Assembly (NCBI GenBank): GCA_045599365.1 | Contig: JAZRVS010000032.1 | Location: forward strand, 236 to 64,235 | From: Bacteroidales bacterium | GTDB taxonomy: Bacteria > Bacteroidota > Bacteroidia > Bacteroidales > UBA1715 | Direction of reading: 5' to 3' | Length of the DNA stretch: 64,000 nt | Shown: positions 1 to 8,477 of the stretch, piece after piece | How the letters are laid out: the number at the start of each line of letters is the position of its first letter | Position numbering within the stretch: position 1 is the stretch's first letter | Notes under the pieces: model-generated | The model's input: the letters and a program-made list of their open reading frames with translations, nothing else | What the model was told of the DNA's origin: nothing | Databases searched by the model: none | Program-made: the position numbers and the translations under genes

Positions 1-2371
1 CACCTAATTCTTTAACTTCATTATAGTTATGAGACATATTTGCTCCAATACTATAGTTAAATGTGTATTTTGAATCTTCGCGGAACTTCATATTGTTTCG
101 ATATACCAAACTAAGTTCGTAACCTCTATTCAATATTTTACCTGCATTTACTGTTGGATTTTCACTAGCACCTTCACTATCGCAACCTACAACAGCAGGA
201 ACTGCTATTTGAACAAGGTTATCAATGTTATTCTTTACGAAATAGTCAAAGTTGAACATCAATTTGTTCTTCCAGAAACTAATATCTGTACCTAAATCCC
301 AACTTGTTGCTTCCTCCCAGTGAAGTTCTGTGTTTGCAACACCAGCAGATACAACACCTGGTACTGATGTTCCACCAAAATTATACCCAGATTTTGAATC
401 TTGAGTCATACTTGATACATATAAGTAGTTGGCAATATTTTCATTACCAATTTTACCCCAACCTCCACGAAGTTTGAATAAGTTGATGTTTTTCTTTAAG
501 AATTCGCTTCGTTGGAAGAAGCTTTCTTTGTTTATTTTCCATGCCAAACCAATTGATGGGAAATAACCAAATTTCTTTTCAGAACCAAAGCGAGAAGAAC
601 CATCTCGACGAAGGGTAAAGTTCATCAAATATCTATCCTTGAAAGAATATTCCATACGTCCTATGTATGACAACATAGAGTGTTCTGATGGTGCTTGCCA
701 TGATTCTGCCCAAACACCTTTTGCTGCACTTTCTCCAGAAATTACATAGTGTTGAAAATCTTCTTCACCAACATTTTCTACACGTGTCATATATGCATCT
801 TGTGTGTCGTAAATTGCTTCATGACCTAACAAGAAACGGAAACCATGGTTAACTTTATTTGTATCTATTTTATCATAGATGTTGAATGTATAGGTGAAAG
901 TATTTGATACACTCCAGTTATAGCCACCTTGCACAGTGTTTTCAATGTATGAAGGTTTGTTGTTTTGTGTTGGAGACACATCAAATTCAGGTTGGTAAAC
1001 TTTTTCTTCTGTTCCCCATTTTCCATAGTTGAATTGTGATTTAAATTCCAAACCATCTAATAAGAAATCTAATTTGTAGTTCATCCATGCACCGCCACCA
1101 ATACCGTATCCAGTTCTTTGGTCATCTTTGTATTGTAACTCTACCAATGGGTTACCATACGACTGACCAGATGCACTACTTGCAGAACGATCTTTTCCTT
1201 CTGCGTCAGCAGGAATTGTTGGATCAAAAATCAATGCCATACCAAGTACTGATTGATAAACAGGACCTTCGTAAACCAAATCTTGAGAGTGTTGGCTATA
1301 ACCCAAATTTGCACCAATATCCAAGCGCTTGTTCACCGCATACATTGATTTTAAACCGAAATCATATCGTTCGTAATTTGTGGTTTTTACGATACCATCT
1401 TGGTTTTGATAACCAGCGTTGATTGTCCAAGAACTTTTTGCAGATCCACCTTCAGCAGAAAGTCTATATTTTTCTATAGTTGCTGTTTGGAATACTTCAT
1501 CTTGCCAATTTGTGTTAGCTCCACCATAACCATTCTCTACTGAGTTAGCTTTTCCTGGTGTGATGTATTCTGCGTATTCATCTCCTGTCAATACGTCCAT
1601 TTGTTTCCATGCTTGTTGAATACCACGATATCCATCAAAATTGATGTTTACATAATCGTAGTCTGCTGCCGAGTTACCACCTTTTGTTGTGATAAGCACA
1701 ACACCATTGGCACCACGTGCACCATAGATTGCACACGAAGACGCATCTTTCAAAATTGTTAATGATTCAATGTTTCCTGGATCACCACGATATTCATAGC
1801 CTTGAGGTACACCATCAACAACATATAGAGGACGAGCATCACCAGTTGTACCACGACCACGGATAACGATATCCATACCTGCACCAGGAGTACCAGAGTT
1901 TGATGTTACGCTTACACCAGCAGCCTTTCCTTGTAATGCTTGGTCAACTGCAAGTACTGGCGCTTTTGAAATTTCATCACCACCCAATACAGTGTTAGAA
2001 CCAGTAGCATCTTCTACTTTAACACTGGCATAACCAATTTTTACAACTGTTTCTACTTGGACTGCATCTGGTTTTAATGAAACATTGAAAGTACGTTTTG
2101 CTCCGACTTTCATTGTTTGAGTTGCAAACCCAACATAAGAAAACTCAAGGACTGCATCAGCACTTTTTACTGATAATGTCCACGAACCGTCTAGTTCTGT
2201 AAATGTACCATTGGTGGTCCCAAGTTCAGCTACAGATGCCGCAATAAGAGGAGCCCCTTTTTGGTCTGTTAACTTACCTGATACGTTTATTTGTGCACCA
2301 GCATACCCTACAGAAAAAAACGTAATTAAAAAAACGACTAAGCATTTTTTTAGTTTGAAAATTTTTTTCAT
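1..2371 (-). CDS. SusC/RagA-type TonB-dependent outer-membrane receptor, N-terminal ~790 aa (C-terminus lies beyond window start)
   Basis: Own translation of the minus strand from ATG at 2371-2369 gives MKKIFKLKKCLVVFLITFFSVGYAGAQINVSGKLTDQKGAPLIAASV..., a signal peptide plus carboxypeptidase-regulatory-like domain. A plug-like region follows: ...IVIRGRGTTGDARPLYVVDGVP...LTILKDASSCAIYGARGANGVVLITTKGG. The same frame also translates sensibly over bases 2-88 (the stretch between was not translated); the ORF is absent from the track, consistent with running off the window edge. Confidence 0.85.
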   Translation of the reverse strand, partial: MKKIFKLKKCLVVFLITFFSVGYAGAQINVSGKLTDQKGAPLIAASVAELGTTNGTFTELDGSWTLSVKSADAVLEFSYVGFATQTMKVGAKRTFNVSLKPDAVQVETVVKIGYASVKVEDATGSNTVLGGDEISKAPVLAVDQALQGKAAGVSVTSNSGTPGAGMDIVIRGRGTTGDARPLYVVDGVPQGYEYRGDPGNIESLTILKDASSCAIYGARGANGVVLITTKGGNSAADYDYVNINFDGYRGIQQAWKQMDVLTGDEYAEYITPGKANSVENGYGGANTNWQDEVFQTATIEKYRLSAEGGSAKSSWTINAGYQNQDGIVKTTNYERYDFGLKSMYAVNKRLDIGANLGYSQHSQDLVYEGPVYQSVLGMALIFDPTIPADAEGKDRSASSASGQSYGNPLVELQYKDDQRTGYGIGGGAWMNYKLDFLLDGLEFKSQFNYGKWGTEEKVYQPEFDVSPTQNNKPSYIENTVQGGYNWSVSNTFTYTFNIYDKIDTNKVNHGFRFLLGHEAIYDTQDAYMTRVENVGEEDFQHYVISGESAAKGVWAESWQAPSEHSMLSYIGRMEYSFKDRYLMNFTLRRDGSSRFGSEKKFGYFPSIGLAWKINKESFFQRSEFLKKNINLFKLRGGWGKIGNENIANYLYVSSMTQDSKSGYNFGGTSVPGVVSAGVANTELHWEEATSWDLGTDISFWKNKLMFNFDYFVKNNIDNLVQIAVPAVVGCDSEGASENPTVNAGKILNRGYELSLVYRNNMKFREDSKYTFNYSIGANMSHNYNEVKELG

Positions 2372-2505
2372 GAATATTTTTTTTAGTTAAACATTAAATA
2401 ATTTATACTTCGATTTGTTTTTTACACTCCACGAATTATTGGACAAATTTATTAAAAGATTTTCTCTTTCAAAAGGAATTTGAAAAATTTATTGCAAAAA
2501 GGACA

Positions 2506-3534
2506 TTATTTGTAAATCTTATGTAGATAAACTAATGTAGCTCCAACTTTGTATTTTTGATAATCAGCGTCTTGGTAGAAAAACTGTGGGTAATCTCGAT
2601 CTAAACGACCTCTAATTTTTGCTTTTAATATTCCGTTACCAACACCATGTATAAAGACTATTTTCTCGCATTGTTCTTGTATTGCTTCTGATAGTTTTTT
2701 TTCAAAGGTCTTTAGTTGTAAGTCAAGCATTTGAGAGGGTAACATACCTGTTGTGTCATCTACTAGTTCGTGAATATGTAGATCAACTTCTTTTGTTTTT
2801 TCTGGTTTGGAAATTGGTTGGTTGTTGGTTATGTTGTCTTTTTGATCTACTATTTTTTTGATTTCATTTATTTGTAAGTTTCTTAGTTTTATTTCTTCTT
2901 CTTTGTGATTGAGTTCTGCTGCATTGTAAAAATCTATTACGTACGCATCTTCGTCAAAAAAATCATTTACAACGAAAACACCTGGTTTGTAAAATTTTAC
3001 CGAGTGAGTGTGTATTATACAATCTATATTTTTTTGTTTGGTATATTTTTTCATTTTGTAGCATATTGCCGAAAAATGTAACGTGTCATATTTCTCTATT
3101 TCATCTATTGAAATACTACAAATGAATTCTTTAGTGTTGGCATCTAAATTTCCTGTTGCAATTCTGGAAAGGGAGGTGTCTTCTATTTGTGAAAGTACAA
3201 ATAATATGCTGAAGTTTGAGTCATTTATTATATATGTATCAAATTTTTTTGTCTCATATTGGTTGCGTACAAAGGCAATAAATAGATGTGGATTGTCATT
3301 GCCTTCAATTTCTTCTATAGGCGTTTGTTGTTCTATTTCTTGAAGATTGTTACTGTTTTTGTTTGTTTGTTCTTCTGCTGGTCGTTCAATTAAAATCAAT
3401 TCTTCGGAACGGACTGGCATATTGAATCCAAATTCGTCAGTTATCTCCACTATATTGGAATTAATAATTTTTATGATGGTCCCTCCACCAACAGCATTTA
3501 AATATCGAACGATATCACCAACTTGAAATTTCAT
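2506..3534 (-). CDS. Smr-domain protein (DUF2027-like N-terminus plus C-terminal Smr/MutS2-type domain)
   Basis: 342-aa ORF. The C-terminus DLHIHELV...KIVFIHGVGNGILKAKIRGRL resembles the Smr small-MutS-related domain. Confidence 0.7.
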   Translation of the reverse strand: MKFQVGDIVRYLNAVGGGTIIKIINSNIVEITDEFGFNMPVRSEELILIERPAEEQTNKNSNNLQEIEQQTPIEEIEGNDNPHLFIAFVRNQYETKKFDTYIINDSNFSILFVLSQIEDTSLSRIATGNLDANTKEFICSISIDEIEKYDTLHFSAICYKMKKYTKQKNIDCIIHTHSVKFYKPGVFVVNDFFDEDAYVIDFYNAAELNHKEEEIKLRNLQINEIKKIVDQKDNITNNQPISKPEKTKEVDLHIHELVDDTTGMLPSQMLDLQLKTFEKKLSEAIQEQCEKIVFIHGVGNGILKAKIRGRLDRDYPQFFYQDADYQKYKVGATLVYLHKIYK

Positions 3535-3553
3535 ATCCTATTTTTTTTGAAAT

Positions 3554-3561
3554 CAAAAGTA
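3554..3561 (-). promoter_or_regulatory. Bacteroidota sigma-A -7 element TACTTTTG (minus strand) for the Smr gene
   Basis: Matches TAnnTTTG, 20 nt upstream of the start at 3534. Confidence 0.45.
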
Positions 3562-3563
3562 CG

Positions 3564-3571
3564 TATTTTTG
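3564..3571 (+). promoter_or_regulatory. Bacteroidota -7 element TATTTTTG for the queA-surE-lpxB-ruvX cluster
   Basis: Matches TAnnTTTG, 19 nt upstream of ATG 3590. It lies back to back with the divergent Smr promoter. Confidence 0.45.
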
Positions 3572-3589
3572 CAGAAATGGAAGAATAAA

Positions 3590-4804
3590 ATGTCAACTAA
3601 CGATTCCTCAACAAAAATTGCAAATTATTCCTATGTTTTGCCAGATGAAAAAATAGCAAAACATCCACTTGAAAATCGAGATGCGTCAAAACTTTTGGTG
3701 TTTCGAGATGGAGAAATAGTAGATGAGACATTCAAAAATTGTGTCAATTATTTGCCACAGCATTCATTAGTGATTTTTAATAATACCCGTGTGATACATG
3801 CTCGTATTTTAATGCAAAAAGCAACGGGCGCTCATATTGAAATACTTTGTTTGGAGCCATTCTCGCCTCGAAATTATGAACAGTCTTTTGCTCAGGTGGG
3901 TGAATGTTCTTGGAAATGTGTTGTTGGAAATGCGAAAAAGTGGAAAAATGAGCCATTGGAGTCTACAATAAAAGCAGATGAAGATATTCATTTTTCTGCA
4001 ACAAAGGCTGAAGCAACAGAAGATGGCTTTGTCGTTTGTTTTAAATGGGATAGTTCGCACTCTTTTAGTGAAATTTTGGAACTGATAGGGAAAATACCAA
4101 TACCTCCATATTTGAATAGAGATAGTGACGAAAGTGATAATGAACGCTATCAAACGGTGTATGCCGAATTTAATGGCTCGGTTGCGGCACCAACAGCAGG
4201 ATTGCATTTTACGCCTAAAATATTAGATAATTTTTCTTCAAAAAATGTTGATATTGACAAAGTTACTTTACACGTCGGTGCAGGAACTTTTAAACCAGTG
4301 AAAGTTGAAAATTTCCAAGAACACGTAATGCATCAAGAATTGTGTATAGTTAAGAAATCTTTGATAGAAAATATTAAGAATCATTTCCCTTGTATTACAG
4401 CTGTGGGTACGACATCAGTTCGTACATTGGAGTCATTGTATTGGCTCGGTGTAAAATTGAAGGTAAATTCCAATGTAGATATCACTCGTCTTGCACAATG
4501 GGAGGCTTACGATTTACCACAAAATATTTCGGCAGTTGATGCGTTAGACTCCGTTCTTGCATATATGCAAAGAAATAATTTGCAAGAAATTCAGTATTAT
4601 ACTCAAATAATGATAACTCCTTCGTATTTGTTTAGGATTGTGAAGTCTATGTTTACAAATTTTCATCAACCCCAGAGTACATTATTATTATTGATTAGTG
4701 CATTTGTTGGTGAAAATTGGAAAAAAATATATAATCACGCGCTTGAAAACGATTATAGATTTTTGAGTTATGGTGATAGTTCTCTTTTGATACCTAATGA
4801 ATAG
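3590..4804 (+). CDS. queA: S-adenosylmethionine:tRNA ribosyltransferase-isomerase
   Basis: The ORF has the typical QueA N-terminus (YSYVLPDEKIAKHPLENRDASKLLV) and a later AAPTAGLHFT motif. The ATG at 3590 is preferred over the track's upstream TTG because of promoter spacing. Confidence 0.9.
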   Translation: MSTNDSSTKIANYSYVLPDEKIAKHPLENRDASKLLVFRDGEIVDETFKNCVNYLPQHSLVIFNNTRVIHARILMQKATGAHIEILCLEPFSPRNYEQSFAQVGECSWKCVVGNAKKWKNEPLESTIKADEDIHFSATKAEATEDGFVVCFKWDSSHSFSEILELIGKIPIPPYLNRDSDESDNERYQTVYAEFNGSVAAPTAGLHFTPKILDNFSSKNVDIDKVTLHVGAGTFKPVKVENFQEHVMHQELCIVKKSLIENIKNHFPCITAVGTTSVRTLESLYWLGVKLKVNSNVDITRLAQWEAYDLPQNISAVDALDSVLAYMQRNNLQEIQYYTQIMITPSYLFRIVKSMFTNFHQPQSTLLLLISAFVGENWKKIYNHALENDYRFLSYGDSSLLIPNE

Positions 4805-4825
4805 CAATTTTTGTATCTTAGCAAC

Positions 4826-5596
4826 ATGAATGAAAATAGAACAATACTAATTACAAATGATGATGGCGTCGATGCTCAAGGTATTCAATTTTTGACGCAA
4901 GAAATGCAACAATATGGCGATGTGTACGTTGTTGCGCCTCAATTTCATCAATCGGGTATGGCACATGCGATTACATTTCAAGTCCCTTTGCGTGCGAAAT
5001 GTTTGAAAAATGAGTCGTCATTACACATTTATAGTGTGAATGGAACTCCTGTTGATTGCGTGAAATTTGCCTTGGATCAATTATTACATGGAAAGAAGGT
5101 TGATTTGCTTGTTTCTGGTATCAATCATGGACCTAATAGCGCAAATAGTACAATTTATTCTGGTACAGTTGCTTGTGCTCGCGAGGGTGCAATAAATCGA
5201 ATACCATCAATAGCATTTTCAAGTTTAGATTTTTCAGAAAAAATCAATTTTAATTCGTATAAGATTTATATTCGTTCTATTGTTGATTATGTTTTAACGA
5301 AGCAACTTGATGAACATGTATTTTTAAATGTTAATTTTCCTAAACCAAATACAAAAATTCTCGGGATGCGCGTTTGTCGTCAAACTAAAGGACTTTGGAT
5401 AGAGCGTTTCGTTTCAGAAAAGGATCCTCGTAATAGTACTTGTTATTGGCTCACAGGTGAGTATCACAACGAAGAACCGAAAAATGAACAAAATGACGAG
5501 TGGAATCTTGCTCATGGTTTTGTGGCAATTGTTCCAATTAAGGTTGAAACAACAGATGAACAATCAATATTGAAATTACAACAATTAAATTGTTAA
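4826..5596 (+). CDS. surE: 5'/3'-nucleotidase SurE
   Basis: ILITNDDGVDAQGI is the N-terminal SurE signature, and GINHGPN is also present. Confidence 0.9.
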   Translation: MNENRTILITNDDGVDAQGIQFLTQEMQQYGDVYVVAPQFHQSGMAHAITFQVPLRAKCLKNESSLHIYSVNGTPVDCVKFALDQLLHGKKVDLLVSGINHGPNSANSTIYSGTVACAREGAINRIPSIAFSSLDFSEKINFNSYKIYIRSIVDYVLTKQLDEHVFLNVNFPKPNTKILGMRVCRQTKGLWIERFVSEKDPRNSTCYWLTGEYHNEEPKNEQNDEWNLAHGFVAIVPIKVETTDEQSILKLQQLNC

Positions 5597-5599
5597 TAT

Positions 5600-5926
5600 A
5601 TGATACCAGAAAATCAACAGGTGCCATTAGAATATGAAAAGCCAAAGAAATTTGATAATTTTTGGTTTGGTTTGTCGTTAGGAACAATTATTCCTCCTAT
5701 TGCTTTGTATGGCGTGTACAAATGGTTCAATAGAACAAATTCTTTTTTTGAATTTATTGAAAAATTAGGTGTTTGGGGCTTTAGAACAGATGTCTTTATT
5801 TGGTGTGTATTGCCAATTGCAATTGTCTTTGCTTTTTTTTATTTCCTACATTACGATAAGGCAGCAAAGGGAGTTGTTTTCCCTACAATGTTATATACAA
5901 TATTACTATTAATACTTGATTTATAA
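5600..5926 (+). CDS. small integral membrane protein, unknown function
   Basis: 108 aa with 3 hydrophobic helices, tightly packed between surE and lpxB. Confidence 0.5.
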   Translation: MIPENQQVPLEYEKPKKFDNFWFGLSLGTIIPPIALYGVYKWFNRTNSFFEFIEKLGVWGFRTDVFIWCVLPIAIVFAFFYFLHYDKAAKGVVFPTMLYTILLLILDL

Positions 5927-7050
5927 TGAATTACTATTTGATTGCTGGCGAGGCTTCTGGAGACTTACATGGGGCAAATCTTATAAAAGAACTACGAATT
6001 GCTGATGCAAATGCAACTTTTCGTATTTGGGGAGGAGATTTAATGTCGCAAGCTGCAGAAACAGAACTTGTAAAACATTATAGAACATACGATTATATGG
6101 GAATTGTTGAGGTGGTAAAACACGCTCGATTGATTCTTAATAATATCAAATTTTGCAAAGAGGATATTGCAGCTCATCAACCAGATGCTATTATTTTTAT
6201 TGATTTTCCTGGTTTCAATTTGAAAATTGCTCCATTTGCAAAACAATTGGGAATACCAACATTTTTCTATATTTCGCCAACTGTGTGGGCGTGGAAAGAA
6301 AATCGTGTAAAGACGATTAAGAAAAATGTTGACCACATGTTTGTTGAATTACCTTTTGTAAAGAAATTTTACGAAACGCGACATAATTATCATGTTGATT
6401 TTGTCGGACATCCTTTATTGGATTCAATAGCACAATTTAAGGAGAAGCATTCTTTGGAGTCATTCAAAATCGCAAATAATCTGCCAAATAAAAAATTGAT
6501 TGCCGTTCTTCCTGGAAGTCGAGAATATGAAATACGAGAAAATTTAAAAACGATGCAATCAATTTCTGAAAAATATACAGATTATCAGTTTGTTGTGGCT
6601 GGAATGTCAAGGTTTGCGGCAGCATTTTATAATAAATATATTACGGCAAAAAATATTTCTGTCATTTTTGATCAAACGTATGAATTGTTAAAAAAATCAG
6701 ATGCTGCAATTGTTGTGTCTGGATCTGCTACTTTGGAAACGGCGATTTTGAATGTGCCAGAAATTATTGTGTATCAAACAAGTCCGTTGACATTTTATCT
6801 TGGAAAATTATTTGTAAAACTTGAAAATTTAGGATTGCCTAATTTGATTATGGAGCATCAAATTGTTCCTGAGTTGTTGCAAAGTGATATGACATCAAAA
6901 AATCTTGCACAAGCTTTGGATTCAATTCTATTTGATGAGAAATTTAGACAAGATATTTTGGATAATTATGATGAATTGCGTAATCGTTTGGGAAATGAAG
7001 GAGCTGCTCGTAGGGTAGCAAGTCATATTCAAAGTTATTTAAAGAAATAA
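5926..7050 (+). CDS. lpxB: lipid-A-disaccharide synthase
   Basis: MNYYLIAGEASGDLHGANLIKEL is the classic LpxB N-terminus, and the length fits. Confidence 0.9.
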   Translation: MNYYLIAGEASGDLHGANLIKELRIADANATFRIWGGDLMSQAAETELVKHYRTYDYMGIVEVVKHARLILNNIKFCKEDIAAHQPDAIIFIDFPGFNLKIAPFAKQLGIPTFFYISPTVWAWKENRVKTIKKNVDHMFVELPFVKKFYETRHNYHVDFVGHPLLDSIAQFKEKHSLESFKIANNLPNKKLIAVLPGSREYEIRENLKTMQSISEKYTDYQFVVAGMSRFAAAFYNKYITAKNISVIFDQTYELLKKSDAAIVVSGSATLETAILNVPEIIVYQTSPLTFYLGKLFVKLENLGLPNLIMEHQIVPELLQSDMTSKNLAQALDSILFDEKFRQDILDNYDELRNRLGNEGAARRVASHIQSYLKK

Positions 7051-7056
7051 AAATAG

Positions 7057-7470
7057 ATGGGAAGAATTTTAGCAATTGATTATGGTACAAAACGTACGGG
7101 AATTGCGGTAACCGATCCGTTACAAATTATAGCGACCTCATTGACAACTGTTCGTTCTTGTGATTTACTACAATTTTTAACAGAATATTTTTCAAAAGAA
7201 ACGGTTGAGCAGGTCGTTATTGGAATGCCAACAACATTGCGAAATGAACCATCGCAAAATGCTCAATATGTAAAAGCATTTGAAAAGCAATTTAAAAAGC
7301 AATTTCCAACTATGCCGATAACAGAAATAGATGAGCGATTCACATCAACAATTGCACATCAAACCATGATTGCTGGTGGTATGAAAAAGAAAGATCGACA
7401 AAATAAAGAAGTTGTTGATAGTATTAGTGCAACGATTATTTTACAATCGTATATGGAACAATGTAAATAA
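7057..7470 (+). CDS. ruvX: putative pre-16S rRNA nuclease / Holliday-junction-resolvase-like YqgF
   Basis: ILAIDYGTKRTGIAVTD is the RuvX/YqgF signature. The ORF is 137 aa. Confidence 0.9.
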   Translation: MGRILAIDYGTKRTGIAVTDPLQIIATSLTTVRSCDLLQFLTEYFSKETVEQVVIGMPTTLRNEPSQNAQYVKAFEKQFKKQFPTMPITEIDERFTSTIAHQTMIAGGMKKKDRQNKEVVDSISATIILQSYMEQCK

Positions 7471-7499
7471 AAAAAGACGCTATGTGCGTCTTTTTTTTC
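7471..7499 (+). terminator. rho-independent terminator after ruvX
   Basis: AGACGC-tatgt-GCGTCT hairpin followed by T8. Confidence 0.6.
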
Positions 7500-7514
7500 A
7501 TCTAATTAATTATA

Positions 7515-7650
7515 GGTAATGATATACATCTTGGCTGTATTTTAGTCGTCCAATGAAGTCTCTTTGTGTAATCAACTTACCATTATGAAAATCAAGCTAA
7601 AACCTGTCAACTGATACCTGATTACAAGTGATTATACAGCCAACTTGTAA
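7515..7650 (-). repeat. ~140-150-bp dispersed intergenic repeat, copy 1 (inverted relative to copies 2 and 3)
   Basis: The reverse complement aligns with 12231-12377 and 35630-35783. Shared blocks are TACAAGTTGG..TATAAT, GTAAGTTGATTACAcAAAGAGA and CAAGATGTATaTCATT. The terminal 10-bp arms TTGGCTGTAT/ATACAGCCAA are perfectly complementary. Confidence 0.8.
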
Positions 7651-7666
7651 ATTATTTCCTTAATAT

Positions 7667-8428
7667 TTACTTTGAAAATGCTATTGGATTTGCAACATTT
7701 TTGTAACTAATTAAATCGCATTTAAGAGAACCAATAAGCATATCAAGTTCTATTCGAATAGGTATTTTATTTTCATCGTTGGTAACGTAGAGTGTCATAT
7801 CATCTTCATCGTCAAAAATGCGACCGACTTCGCATATTGGCATAAATTTCATTACTTTGAATTTGCCTGCTTTTGTTTTGATAGTTGTATTGCCTTTATA
7901 AACAATATACATAGGGTATACATCACCGCCAAAATATGTTATAAATTCAATTGTATCGCCTATATGGCAATTACCAAATTGATAACTGCGAGCATTGTAA
8001 AATGCAGAAACAATATCGGCAATATTTTTAGGAACTTTTTTCTCTCCTTTTTTAGAACTGATTACTACATCACGAGTTCTATCAAATGTTGTTAGTTCGT
8101 AGTCGTAGTAATCTCCTTCGTGGACATCGCGTACTGCCTTATATGGTAGGCCGTTATTTTTATCGTACCAAGTTTTGTAACGGTCAGCGAGAGGACAAAA
8201 AACTTTTGCGATGCCAGTTGTTTCTATGTAGGCTTCACCATAGTAAACATTTTTACCTTCATCGTTAATTTCTTTTACAGATAAAGTTGCAGTTCCGCCA
8301 TCAACTATTCCGTAATACACTAAATATTTGAGTTCTTCGCCAGCTTTGTATGCTTTGTTTTGTGCGAAAGATGAAAGAGCCATAAGTAGGCTTGCTCCAC
8401 AAATTGCTATTCTTTGTAATGTTTTCAT
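7667..8428 (-). CDS. DUF3108-like secreted protein
   Basis: Signal peptide MKTLQRIAICGASLLMALSSFAQ followed by a YLVYYGIVDGGTATL-type beta-rich sequence. Start moved to the internal ATG at 8428. Confidence 0.55.
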   Translation of the reverse strand: MKTLQRIAICGASLLMALSSFAQNKAYKAGEELKYLVYYGIVDGGTATLSVKEINDEGKNVYYGEAYIETTGIAKVFCPLADRYKTWYDKNNGLPYKAVRDVHEGDYYDYELTTFDRTRDVVISSKKGEKKVPKNIADIVSAFYNARSYQFGNCHIGDTIEFITYFGGDVYPMYIVYKGNTTIKTKAGKFKVMKFMPICEVGRIFDDEDDMTLYVTNDENKIPIRIELDMLIGSLKCDLISYKNVANPIAFSK

Positions 8429-8477
8429 AGTCGTAAGTTTCTTTAAAAATTCCAAATATTGTGCCAAAGCTCAACTA